A program made the translations under genes and the position numbers. From Marsupella aquatica (Eukaryota; Plantae; Marchantiophyta), in assembly GCA_973895155.1 (NCBI GenBank), contig OZ316891.1, positions 31,131,112-31,195,111 on the forward strand: a stretch of 64,000 nt of DNA, read 5' to 3'. Shown here in pieces: positions 9,480-19,917 of this stretch. Below the pieces are notes generated by a model. That model made no database searches. It worked only from the letters and a program-made list of their open reading frames with translations, and was not told the origin of the DNA. Within the stretch, counting starts at the first letter, position 1. Every line of letters begins with the position of its first letter.

Positions 9480-12400
9480 ATGCCGAGAGGGAGAAGGGGA
9501 GGTAGAGGAAGTCCCCAACACACACGTACCCCAAGATCAGAGCTAGAAGGGGGGCCCTCTTGGATTGGGACCAGACGACGAGTTGCTGCCGAAGAACGCT
9601 TACGGCTTGCAGAAGAGAGGAGGTTGCCACTGGTGCTGGAAGAACAAGTTGGTGTGCAACAGGAAGAGGCTCAACGTAATGAGGCCATATGCCCAGACGA
9701 AGAGCCAGACATAGATCACGAGCGAGAAGAAGGAGAGCCCTTTGTGTTGGTGCAGTCTGAGTTACAAAATCTGATCCCAGAGCTCACTGCATTGCCACAA
9801 ATCATCTCACACCTATCATCGGTGCTGTTACCGGTGGCCCAACAAGCGCCATTACCACCTGTGTTGATACAGGCACCGGCTGCACCGATGGCAGCTGCAC
9901 AACGTACCCGTGTTCAGTACGTACCCTTCAAGGGGAGACCAAAGGATGATCCAGACGAATGGATTGAGGAGTTTGAAGGGATTGCCGAAGCTAATGGGGA
10001 GTCTGCACATAAGCTCACTATCATTCCTGGAATGATGAGAGGGGAGGCAGGTCCATGGTTCATTTCGTTGTTGGCCAACGTGAAAGCTGATTGGGCTCTG
10101 TTCAAGCAAGCCTTCTTGAAGGAGTTCAGATCCATAGGAGTGGAGGCCACCTCACTATTAAAGGTGGGCCAACTCAGGATGAAGAAGAAGGAGTCATTAC
10201 GGAGGTTTTTGCAAAGGTTCCAAAAGCTGGTACGTCGGATCCAAGCCCGTACCGATGATGCTATGCGTCAAGCCTGGTTTGTGGCTGCCCTACCAAGCAA
10301 GATGGGGTTCTTTGTACGTCAAGCCAAGCCAACCACATTGGCTGAAGCTATTGCAGCAGCGGAGTCATACACCGCAGCTGATGCCACAAGCAAGCGTTGC
10401 CGAAGAAAGAAGCTGGAGCCGGTTGACAGTTCCTCCAGTGAGGAGTCGAGTGGATCTGATTCAGATAGTAGTGATGAATCTGAGGATTCTGAGAGTACTA
10501 CAGAGTCAGACACTACGGAGTCAGAAGCTGAAAGACGAAGGAGGAAGAAGAAGAAGTTGTCAAAGAAAGTCAAGAAGTCCTCTCACCGTGAAGTGATACT
10601 ACCCACGGTGGCCGTTACACCATTGTCTACGGCAAGACGCCTGAAGGAGCAAGAGGCCAGATATGATGAGCTGACGGAGCAAATGAAAGCGTTGAAAGTA
10701 CATTTTGCCGGACTCAAACCTGAGAGGAGAAAAGTTCCGGTGGAGAGAGCCAATGTGTGGTGCACCAAGTGCATGAAGTTTGGTCATGCCCCGAAGGAGT
10801 GCCCAGCGGGAGAACCAGCCAAGGTTTTCCAAGTACGGGAGGAGGATGTTGAGGGGGCAAGCTACTCAAATCCTTCATATGCAGCGGAAGGGCCAATAGA
10901 GTACTTCATGGAGGAGCCACCAGAGGCCAACGTGTATAGTGTACAACCTCTCAACCCGGGACCACGGAGCATTCATGGAGTTTCAACAAACGCCGGAGCA
11001 CCCGCATACTCCAACTATCCCAACGCTAACCCAGGGAATCGACCACCGTACCCTGGAGTGAGGAAGATCCCTATTTGTTACAATTGTAGAGTGGCGGGCC
11101 ACTACGCTAATGTGTGCCCAGAGCCCACCCGTCAAGGCAATGGAGATTTTGCCCGGCTGTGTCAACTATGCAAGGGGGAGGGTCATCTTGCACCACACTG
11201 CCCAACCTTGGAGGCGTTCAAGGCTCAACCGATTGGGGCACAAGAGAAGAAGGGGCCGCCACCTCCTCTGAAAGAAGCTAGCGTCAACTTTCTCACCACG
11301 GAAGCAGTCGACACCCCTCTAATCACTAGAAGAGAAGAAACCGTAGTGAACATTCCCAAGCAAAGGATGACCACCATAACGGAGGAGGTGGTACCGCTAG
11401 TCGTTGTAGTATCTCCAGTTGTTGAGATACCGGTGGTTGTTGTTGCAACATCTACGGAAGTTGAAGTTGCTAACCCCTCACCCCCAAGTCATGAGTGGAC
11501 TCATGCTGAGAATCTACCGGAGGAAGACAGCGACGAGGAGAGAAGGCATTACTCTTGTTACCGAGTCTCCACTCGATCCGGCAAAAAGAAGGGCAAGTCC
11601 GAGCTCAAGCAGAAGTACAAGGAGGTGCATCAAGCTTCCACATCGGGTACCTCACACGAACCGGAGGTGCCACCCATGGAGGATAGTGACTTTGATCGGG
11701 ACAACCCCAAGTTGTTCTATCCGAAGGTGGGAGAAGAGGTACGTAAGCAGTTGGAGGAGCTAGAAGCACAAGCCATGCAAGCGGCCATTGACAAAGACAT
11801 GGAGGAGGCAAAGGCCAGAAAGAAAGCGGAGGAGAGGGTTGTTCGTTGGAAACCGGGAGAAGAGGTCATCCCACCCATACCTCCTGCAACCGCGTACAAC
11901 ATTGCTCAAGACATTCTGGATTGCCCAGTCAGTGCCACAATTGGTCAACTATTACGGGATAGCTCCCTATACCGTCGCCAAGTCAAGGAGATTCTCATGA
12001 GGAGGAGACGTAGAAGAAGGTTACCCAAAGTTGGGGCTGACCCCATACAAGTCAACTGGGTCACGGAGGATTTGGGTGCCCCAGAACTCACGGTGGACAT
12101 CAATGGATGTGCAATACGGTTTGTACCGGTGGACGGGGGCTCGGGAGTCAACATCATGACTGAGGAGACGGCAAACCGGTTGGGGTATACAGAGTTAGAA
12201 CCACCGGCACGTGCCATGAGGTTGGCTGATGGTGCACGGGTGGTGCCGTTGGGGTGTCTCACCAAGATTCCAACAATGATTGGGGGAAAATCTTTCCCCC
12301 TCAACTATTTGGTGATGCGACCCGTTCGGCCGTACGGTTTTCCCATTTTAATTGGCAGGCCATGGTTGTATGTGGCCAAGGTCACAAGTGATTGGGGCAA

Positions 12401-15400
12401 ACGGCAGTTTCGGTTTGGTATCCCCACTATCACTATTCCATGGTCAGCGGAGTCACCTCACGGGGAGACTACGACTATGGAGGAGGAATATGATTCAGAG
12501 GTCACCTCAGATGAAGACGAGGATGAAGTATACATGGTGAAACTGATTTCTCACCTCACGGAGGAAGATGTTTTTGGCCCCGGAGTTGCTACTCAAGAGC
12601 ATGCAGTAGAGGAATCAGTTAGCCAAGTGCACGCTGTTCTAGAAGAGATGGAAGACGAGCGAAGCAAAATTGTGGAGGCTGAACCTCTAGAGATTCATGA
12701 TAGGGAGGCAGAGGATCACCCCGAGGAGGTGGAAATGCAAGCCCACACGATCATGTTTGATGATGAGCAAAGAGAGCAGTTTTTGAATGACATCCTGGAT
12801 GATGACTTTAGAGAGGAGCTATTGTCACATTACAAAGAATCTGACGTTGAAGAAATAATGGCCCATGTGACAAAGGATCCACCTCCATCCCGACCAGACC
12901 AGGAGGAGAGTGATGCACCGGTGTATGGAGGGATGAGGCTCGCACGGTTGGAAGAAACCTTTGATGAGGAGACACGCAACAAGTTGGACGTGATCAGGCC
13001 GGAGCAGTACACAAAGGTGGAAGTGGGTGAGGGCAAGACACTCAACATTGGTAGTAAGTTGGATGCTACGGAGCAACGCACGATTCAGGAATTGTTGAAA
13101 GAGTACCAAGACGTATTTGCGTGGAGCCACCAAGATTTGAAAGGAGTGCCACCTGAGTTTGGTGAGCACAGCATTGACCTGATGTCAGGAGCACGACATG
13201 TGAGGCAACGCCAATACCGCCTCAACCCCAAATACTCACTCATGGTGAAGGAGGAGATTGACCGTTTGTTGGATGCAGGATTCATTTATCCGGTCATGCA
13301 TAGTGAGTGGGTGTCACCCATCGTAATCGTGCCCAAGAAAAAGGGGCCAGACGGGAAGGTGAAAATACGGGTGTGCCAAGATTTTCGAAAGTTGAATGAT
13401 GCGACCAAGAAGGATCACTACCCGCTACCGTTCACGGATATCGTGTTGGACATGGTAGCAGGTTGGGAGATATACAGCTTCTTGGATGGCTACTCTGGGT
13501 ACAACCAAATCTGGATACGGGAGGAGGACCAACTCAAGACGACTTTCACAACAGAGTGGGGGATTTTTGCATTCCGGAGAATGCCTTTTGGGTTGTGCAA
13601 TGCCCCTGGCATGTTCCAACGGCTCATGATGAATATATTTCATGACTTTTTACGCAGGTTCTTGGAGATCTTTATTGATGACTTTGCTGTCTACGGCAAA
13701 CGAGTCAAGCATCCGGAACACTTACGGTTGACTTTTCAGCGGTGCCGGGAGACTTGCCTGAAGCTGCATCCGGAGAAATGTTTCTTTGGAATTGAGGAGG
13801 GAATCCTATTGGGCCACAAAGTGTCTGCACGAGGGATTGAAGTTGATCGTGAGAAGGTCGCCGTGTGGGTAGCAGTCTCATTTCCCAAGAATGTGAAGGA
13901 AGTGAGAGGGTTCTTGGGGTGTGTTGGCTACTACCGACGCTTCATCAAAGACTTTGCCAAGGTAGCCATGCCACTCACTTCCATGTTGAAAAAAGGAAGT
14001 GAGTTTGAACCTACTCCTTCCCGTCAGGCTGCTTTTGATGAATTGAAGAAACGATTGCTAGAGGCCCCCGTGCTCATTACGCCCAATTGGAATAAGGAAT
14101 TCCATGTTTACGTAGACGTATCAGGATTTTGCATCGGTGCCGTTTTGAGTCAGTTAGATGATGATGGAAGAGACCATCCCATCTACTTTGCCAGTAGGCA
14201 GTTGGCCCCGGCAGAGAAAAACTACTCACCCACCGATAGGGAGGCACTTGGTATCATCTACGCTTGTAAGAAGTATCGTCATTATTTGTTGGGGTACAAG
14301 GTTGTGTTCCACACGGATCACAACAGCTTGAAATACATGGTCAACAAGCCAGATCTGTCCGGGAGAATTGCACGTTGGGTTTTGTTGCTACAAGAGTTCA
14401 ACTATGAGGTGAGAGTAAGATCGGGGAAGAGTCATAGCAATGCAGACTTCTTCTCCCGTATTGAGGGAGCATCTGACTCCCAGGAGATTGATGATCGGTT
14501 CCCGGATGAGGAAGTGTTCAGCGTGAATACAGAGGCCACTACTTGGTATGGAGAAATTTTGGAATTTCTCCGCACGGCTAGAGTTCCCTCACGTTTGGGC
14601 CCGGAGAGAGCAGCAGTGTTTTTGCGTAAGACAGGTCCCTACTTGCTTGTGAAGGGAGTACTTCACAAGTACGGCATGGATGGCCGACTTCGTCGTTGTT
14701 TGGAGGAAGCGGAGATACGTACAGTCATGGCAGCATTACATGAGGAGGAAGCTGGTGGCCACTTTGCACGGGAGACCACCGCAAGGAAAATACTAGATGC
14801 TGGATATTGGTGGCCAACTCTCTTTCGGGATGTACACCGGTACATCCAGCGATGTGATCCGTGCCAGCGTCAAGGCAAACCAGGGCCCTCCTCACGACAC
14901 CCATTGGTGCCCATACTTCCTCTTGCACCCTTTGAGAAGTGGGGGGTGGACTTCATTGGCCCTTTCACTCCCATCACACGAAGAGGGAGGAAGCGCTACA
15001 TCATTCTTGCAACGGACTATGCCACCAAGTGGGTGGAGGCCCGAGCTACTGCCAAGGATGATGCCAACACCACGGCACGTTTTTTGTATGAGCAGATTTT
15101 TACACGATTTGGTCCACCATTGGAGTTGGTAAGTGACAGGGGTACTCACTTCCTCAATCATACGATTGAACGTTTGACGGAGAACTACTTGATCTCACAT
15201 AGGAAGACCACTCCGTACCACCCTCGAGCCAACGGGCTCACTGAGAGAGCCAACGGGATCATGGGCAAGATCCTCAACAAAACGGTATCCGCTCACAAGA
15301 CCGATTGGGATTTGAAGTTGTTGGCTGCCACTTACGCTTACAACCTGGCTCACAAGACTACCACGGGCCACAGCCCCTATTTCCTTGTGTTTGGACAACA

Positions 15401-15878
15401 CTCTCTTGTGCCGGTGGAATTTGAGGTTCCAACCATTCGAATCCTAACACGGGAAAGGGAAGGGGCAGAAGAAAGTGTCGCTTCACGGATCCAACAGTTG
15501 GAGCAACTCACGGAGACACGAGAAGAGGCTTTGACACATACGGAGCAGGAGCAAGGCAAACGCAAGTCACATTACGATTCCCGTCTCCGTCGTGTGTCCA
15601 TTGAGGAGGGAGATTTGGTGCTCCTCTACGATAGCCGCTTCATGCATTTCCCCGGGAAGTTGCATACACGGTGGATGGGACCCTACGTAGTGGATGCCGT
15701 CTACTCCAACGGCTCGGTTCAACTCAAGACATTGGAGGGGCAACTACTCAACACACGGATCAATCAAGAGCGCCTAAAGAAGTACTACACGGAGGAAGAG
15801 TATGGTGCTCGCGGGGGCGCTTCGCAATTAAGAGAGGAGCTATGTGACGGGTACCCCGTCACGGGAAGTCACACATAA
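9480..15878 (+). CDS. Gag-Pol polyprotein (2132 aa)
   Basis: Gag core, three CCHC knuckles (CTKC..H..C, CYNC..H..C, CQLC..H..C), protease VDGGSGVNI, RT LDGYSGYNQI and FIDD, RNase H YVDVSG, integrase HHCC plus GVDF/SDRG/ERAN, and GPY. Domain order is Ty3/Gypsy. Confidence 0.97.
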   Translation: MPRGRRGGRGSPQHTRTPRSELEGGPSWIGTRRRVAAEERLRLAEERRLPLVLEEQVGVQQEEAQRNEAICPDEEPDIDHEREEGEPFVLVQSELQNLIPELTALPQIISHLSSVLLPVAQQAPLPPVLIQAPAAPMAAAQRTRVQYVPFKGRPKDDPDEWIEEFEGIAEANGESAHKLTIIPGMMRGEAGPWFISLLANVKADWALFKQAFLKEFRSIGVEATSLLKVGQLRMKKKESLRRFLQRFQKLVRRIQARTDDAMRQAWFVAALPSKMGFFVRQAKPTTLAEAIAAAESYTAADATSKRCRRKKLEPVDSSSSEESSGSDSDSSDESEDSESTTESDTTESEAERRRRKKKKLSKKVKKSSHREVILPTVAVTPLSTARRLKEQEARYDELTEQMKALKVHFAGLKPERRKVPVERANVWCTKCMKFGHAPKECPAGEPAKVFQVREEDVEGASYSNPSYAAEGPIEYFMEEPPEANVYSVQPLNPGPRSIHGVSTNAGAPAYSNYPNANPGNRPPYPGVRKIPICYNCRVAGHYANVCPEPTRQGNGDFARLCQLCKGEGHLAPHCPTLEAFKAQPIGAQEKKGPPPPLKEASVNFLTTEAVDTPLITRREETVVNIPKQRMTTITEEVVPLVVVVSPVVEIPVVVVATSTEVEVANPSPPSHEWTHAENLPEEDSDEERRHYSCYRVSTRSGKKKGKSELKQKYKEVHQASTSGTSHEPEVPPMEDSDFDRDNPKLFYPKVGEEVRKQLEELEAQAMQAAIDKDMEEAKARKKAEERVVRWKPGEEVIPPIPPATAYNIAQDILDCPVSATIGQLLRDSSLYRRQVKEILMRRRRRRRLPKVGADPIQVNWVTEDLGAPELTVDINGCAIRFVPVDGGSGVNIMTEETANRLGYTELEPPARAMRLADGARVVPLGCLTKIPTMIGGKSFPLNYLVMRPVRPYGFPILIGRPWLYVAKVTSDWGKRQFRFGIPTITIPWSAESPHGETTTMEEEYDSEVTSDEDEDEVYMVKLISHLTEEDVFGPGVATQEHAVEESVSQVHAVLEEMEDERSKIVEAEPLEIHDREAEDHPEEVEMQAHTIMFDDEQREQFLNDILDDDFREELLSHYKESDVEEIMAHVTKDPPPSRPDQEESDAPVYGGMRLARLEETFDEETRNKLDVIRPEQYTKVEVGEGKTLNIGSKLDATEQRTIQELLKEYQDVFAWSHQDLKGVPPEFGEHSIDLMSGARHVRQRQYRLNPKYSLMVKEEIDRLLDAGFIYPVMHSEWVSPIVIVPKKKGPDGKVKIRVCQDFRKLNDATKKDHYPLPFTDIVLDMVAGWEIYSFLDGYSGYNQIWIREEDQLKTTFTTEWGIFAFRRMPFGLCNAPGMFQRLMMNIFHDFLRRFLEIFIDDFAVYGKRVKHPEHLRLTFQRCRETCLKLHPEKCFFGIEEGILLGHKVSARGIEVDREKVAVWVAVSFPKNVKEVRGFLGCVGYYRRFIKDFAKVAMPLTSMLKKGSEFEPTPSRQAAFDELKKRLLEAPVLITPNWNKEFHVYVDVSGFCIGAVLSQLDDDGRDHPIYFASRQLAPAEKNYSPTDREALGIIYACKKYRHYLLGYKVVFHTDHNSLKYMVNKPDLSGRIARWVLLLQEFNYEVRVRSGKSHSNADFFSRIEGASDSQEIDDRFPDEEVFSVNTEATTWYGEILEFLRTARVPSRLGPERAAVFLRKTGPYLLVKGVLHKYGMDGRLRRCLEEAEIRTVMAALHEEEAGGHFARETTARKILDAGYWWPTLFRDVHRYIQRCDPCQRQGKPGPSSRHPLVPILPLAPFEKWGVDFIGPFTPITRRGRKRYIILATDYATKWVEARATAKDDANTTARFLYEQIFTRFGPPLELVSDRGTHFLNHTIERLTENYLISHRKTTPYHPRANGLTERANGIMGKILNKTVSAHKTDWDLKLLAATYAYNLAHKTTTGHSPYFLVFGQHSLVPVEFEVPTIRILTREREGAEESVASRIQQLEQLTETREEALTHTEQEQGKRKSHYDSRLRRVSIEEGDLVLLYDSRFMHFPGKLHTRWMGPYVVDAVYSNGSVQLKTLEGQLLNTRINQERLKKYYTEEEYGARGGASQLREELCDGYPVTGSHT
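15830..15839 (+). other. Polypurine tract
   Basis: AAGAGAGGAG, 3 nt before the 3' LTR start. Confidence 0.75.
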
Positions 15879-18800
15879 CTGGTTGCAAAGGCCGATACCT
15901 TGTTAATAGTCAATGTAAATAAGCCATTTTTTAATTTTTAGTTAATTCCGTCATTATAGGTTGATGATGCCCCAGGTGACTTTATATTCTTTCTCTCATA
16001 ATAGTTCTAAGATTTGCGGCGACCTAAGTGGGCAAATATTTTGGGACCTTGAAACTAGCCAGGACCAGCCCCATAGGACTTACCGTTTTGCTTCAAGAGC
16101 TATTGTTGAGACCCCCATTGCAAAGTCAGGAGAGGGGGGGGTTTTTTTTAAATAAATCCCTCCTCAGGAGGGCGAGTCCCATTAGTGGCCGTCCGAGAGA
16201 AAGAGGGGCTGCCTCGCGAGCCCATAGGGCTGCGTGCCCGGGCGATTAATGGGGCTCCGCGAGCTGAAGGGGCTGCCTCGCGAGCCCATAGGGCTGCGTG
16301 CCCGGGCAATTAATGAGGCTCCGCGAGCTGAAGGAGCGCAAGCGAGCGGGGGGGGAGTTAAAGGGCCTCCCGCGAGCTGGGAGGATCACGCGAGCGGGGG
16401 GGAGTTAAAGGGCCTCCCGCGAGCTGGGAGGATCACGCGAGCGGGGGGGAGTTAAAGGGCCTCCCGCGAGCTGGGAGGATCACGCGAGCGGGGGGGAGTT
16501 GAAGGGCCTCCCGCGAGCCGGGAGGAATGGCCGCGCGCCCTGCATAGGGCCGCGCGCAGGAGGACGCAAGGGTAAGGCCCGAGAAATGGGCCGGGGCGCA
16601 TGGCGAAGGCGCCAGGAGTTTTTTCGGTTCTATTTTTTTTTCCTTCCTTTTTCTTTCCCTCTTCCTTTTGCACGACCCTCTCATTGCCGAAAGCAAAAAC
16701 GGGGTTCTTCTCTCTCTTGCCGGAAGCTCTCTCCAGATTCTAATTATTTTTGAAGCTCTCTCTTTCATGGTGGATTAGTGGGGCTTGCTGGCGTCATTCT
16801 TCCAGGCATTAGTGGCGGCCGCACGGAGTAGTGACGGGAAATTGAGAGAATTTAAGTGATCGGGCTACGGGGGCTGTTTCGGGCCAGGGAATTGACATTG
16901 CCACGGGTGACGGGATTGGTGATTGAGAAATTGATTTCGGGATGCATGGATGCTAGATCAACCAGAGTTTAGTGCGTCACGCATTCGGAGATACAAGGCT
17001 GCTTACCGTGACTACGTGGAGACTCGGATTACACGGGAAAGGGAAGAGAGAGAAGTTATGATGAGCACGGGATTGGCAGCGGGTTCCTCACCGGTGGGTA
17101 GGAAGATTTTTCGTCGAATTTATCCCAAGACCTCCACCAAGGTGATGGAGGATTGTCGGAACATTTTCCAAGCCACCGGGCTTACAGAATTCATGAAGGT
17201 GGAGATTACCATCCCTTCAGGGAAGAGCTGGGACATTGAGGCCGGGATGGAGTTCCGAACGGAGGGAATCTACTTTGAATGTCTCAAACGTGTAGTGCCC
17301 CATGTGGAGTTGGCTAAGCTATTGTTTCTTGAGAATCAGAAATTCTCATTCACACCTCGGAATATCAGGGGAGAACTCACGTTGAAAATGGTGGCCACTT
17401 GGGTGACCAATCCTACCTCCACCACCGCCATCCCTCTTTCTGCTGTCAAGGATGTTGAGTATAAGGGCTTCCTGGCCAAGGTGCATCAACGGGTTCTTGG
17501 CAACGTGCAATCCGGAGTGCTGAATGAGGAGCATTTCGTGGTAGCTATGGACATCAAGAACTACCCAGCCCATGTGTACGGATGGTGGTGCTACGGATTG
17601 AAGAAGCTATTGGCCGCTGAGCCCGGGAGTGTGAAACCAGGTGGGGCTGTACATTTGATGGGGTCATTTGTATTGGCCAGGGCAGAAGGGTTGATTGGTT
17701 CTCCGGGGCATGAAGACACGGGATCATCTCTCACCACGGAGATCCGGAGTATTGCCACTACCGTTTTAGGGAAGCTCACGGAGGAATCATTGTCTGCTGG
17801 TGGGGAGGATAATAGAGAAGAAGAGAACCAGGAGGATGATTGCACATTGGAGTGGCTTGAATCACTCGTGGGAGATCCGAAACAGCCTCTGGAATACAAC
17901 ATTCCGGATGTTTACTTGGCAGAGCTACGGGATTTCAGAGAGGGAGTCCACGAGGGACTCAAGCTAGTCCACGCATTGAGGGAGTCTCTCAAGCACGCCA
18001 CAGTCAAAGTAGAGACGTTAGAGCAGAGCATCCTGTCACTGAAGGAGGTGATCAAGACCAAGGAGCAGACCATTCATGAGAAGGTCAGGCACATCAATGC
18101 AGCTCACGTAGAGATCACCAACTTGAAGGGAGCTTTGTCCACCAAGGCCAAGGAAGCAGAAGAAGTAGGAGCGTTGAGGCAAGCATTGGCCAAAGAGAAG
18201 CAAAATTCTGGAGAAGTGATGGAGTGGAGGAACCAGGTGGGAGCACTACGGAGTCAGGTGGCAGCCTTTGAGACACGAGCGAAGAGAAGTGAGGCCCTGA
18301 GTCTAGGGAAACGGAAGAGTCCCGGCACACCTGGCTCCACACTTTCCCCGGATGTGATCTCCCAAGCTATCGAGATGGTGGTGAAGGAGGTTAGTGGGAA
18401 GTATGGACCCTTGTTGGATGGAGCCAAGAAGAGTCAGGAGAAGAGTAAGAGCTTGGAGAAGAAGCTCCGGGAGGTACGGAAATCGTTACGGGAGGCTCAG
18501 GTCAGTACGGGGATGCCACCCAGGTCTGTCACCCCCGGGACTCCCATGGCCACGGGGCAAGTTCTACCGTTGGAGTTGCGGTCCGGAGAAGAGGCTACCC
18601 TCTGGAAGGACACAATTGGTGAGGGGTACATCAAGGCGTGGCAGGCCTTGGCTGCTTTGAGGAAGCGCGGGAGCAGCAGCACTAAGAGTACTCCGTCGAA
18701 GAAGAAGAAAAGTACGGTGGCACTCACTCCCGTGAGTGATGAGGAGGAGGACCACTCACGGGGCACAAGTCCGGGCACCGAGAGCGAAGAAGAAGAGGAG

Positions 18801-19917
18801 GATTAGATAGGCGTACGGACGTGGGTGTACGGCCTCCAGATTTCCAACATTTTAGTGGGGGGTCACTCATGGGCTTGTTGGGATGAGCTCGCGGAGCTGA
18901 TTCCAACAAGAGGCGGCGCTCCTCAAACGGAGCCAGGATGAGCAAGTTATGGCCTGGAGAACTTATGTTTTTGCGGTACGGAAACGGCCATAACTCAGGC
19001 GTCTGAAGTCCGTTGAGGGAGCGACTTAGTGATTCGGAAGCAGGAAAAGAAGAGCTATCCAGGGGTGAGCTCAGGTGTGCACTTGGAAGGGCACCTAGTT
19101 TCGGCCATTTTGGGGTGCCTCTCACTTTCAGGGTTCACGTGTACTGTTGGGGCGCCGTCGAAGGCACCGTCGGCCCCCTTGTTTTGGGTTTAGGGTTTTA
19201 GCAGCATGTGTGTGCCGCATGCTCCTCTTCAGTTTAAGGATTTCTCTTAGTGCAAGGTTTTAGCGGCGCCGCTAGGGTAGCCGCCACCGTTGTGACCCTG
19301 TGAGGGGTGCTTTGGTGTGATTTTTCAGTATTTAGGGGGATAGCCCCGAAGTAGTTAGGGGGACTCAGTGTGAAGTTAGCAAGGAGGGATAGAGTGGAGC
19401 CTGAGGAGTTTGAAAGCGTGTTCAGAGTAGTGAGGGGGAGCCATACTCATTGTCCGGAGAGGCAGGAGTTGAGTAGACGGCAGGAGGCCGGGTTACTCAT
19501 GCAATGTGTATCGTTTTTCCCAAGAGATATGGATCTGTACATTTGACTTGATGGGCTTTTGTTGTGTGTTCCTTCTCCCTTTTTCGCTTTCCGAATTGTG
19601 TTCTCCCGTTCTATGATTTGAAGAAACTTGCTTGGTTTGAGTCGGCCTTGTGAGTAGGGGTGGTGACAGCACTCTTTGGGTGACTCCGAGTGAAGGTGTA
19701 GTGGGGTAGTCGGCAGGACTTGATCAAAAGCTGTGGGGTGAGGGTAGTCGGTAGACTTGATCAAAACCTACATTTCCGGGAGCGGAAACCAAAATACTCA
19801 TCCTGGTGTGAAAAGAATCCAAATAGCGTCCCTCCACGACCCCGTAATACGATACCAACGGTTTAAGCGAAGAAAAGTGCGGTTTGCACGTATTAACCGT
19901 TGGAGAGGCAAGTGACA
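15843..19917 (+). repeat. 3' LTR (4075 bp)
   Basis: Same termini as the 5' LTR. It is 48 bp shorter, accounted for by one fewer 47-bp unit and two G-run length differences. Confidence 0.95.
16950..18806 (+). CDS. LTR-encoded 618-aa protein, 3' LTR copy
   Basis: Translation is identical to 6257-8113. Confidence 0.85.
   Translation: MLDQPEFSASRIRRYKAAYRDYVETRITREREEREVMMSTGLAAGSSPVGRKIFRRIYPKTSTKVMEDCRNIFQATGLTEFMKVEITIPSGKSWDIEAGMEFRTEGIYFECLKRVVPHVELAKLLFLENQKFSFTPRNIRGELTLKMVATWVTNPTSTTAIPLSAVKDVEYKGFLAKVHQRVLGNVQSGVLNEEHFVVAMDIKNYPAHVYGWWCYGLKKLLAAEPGSVKPGGAVHLMGSFVLARAEGLIGSPGHEDTGSSLTTEIRSIATTVLGKLTEESLSAGGEDNREEENQEDDCTLEWLESLVGDPKQPLEYNIPDVYLAELRDFREGVHEGLKLVHALRESLKHATVKVETLEQSILSLKEVIKTKEQTIHEKVRHINAAHVEITNLKGALSTKAKEAEEVGALRQALAKEKQNSGEVMEWRNQVGALRSQVAAFETRAKRSEALSLGKRKSPGTPGSTLSPDVISQAIEMVVKEVSGKYGPLLDGAKKSQEKSKSLEKKLREVRKSLREAQVSTGMPPRSVTPGTPMATGQVLPLELRSGEEATLWKDTIGEGYIKAWQALAALRKRGSSSTKSTPSKKKKSTVALTPVSDEEEDHSRGTSPGTESEEEEED

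Larger units (their letters stand above)
5102..19917 (+). mobile_element. Full-length Ty3/Gypsy non-chromovirus LTR retrotransposon (Athila/Phygy-like), 14.8 kb
   Basis: Two near-identical LTRs with TGT..ACA ends, 5-bp TSD CACTG (5097-5101 and 19918-19922), PBS, PPT, and an intact gag-PR-RT-RH-INT ORF with no chromodomain. Confidence 0.97.

Noticed and set aside
9852-15565. Many short minus-strand and alternate-frame ORFs
   Set aside because: Shadows of the gag-pol frame with no independent motifs.
5102-19917. 4-kb repeat as a segmental duplication or two tandem elements
   Set aside because: TG..CA ends, the CACTG TSD, PBS after the first copy and PPT before the second define a single element with two LTRs.
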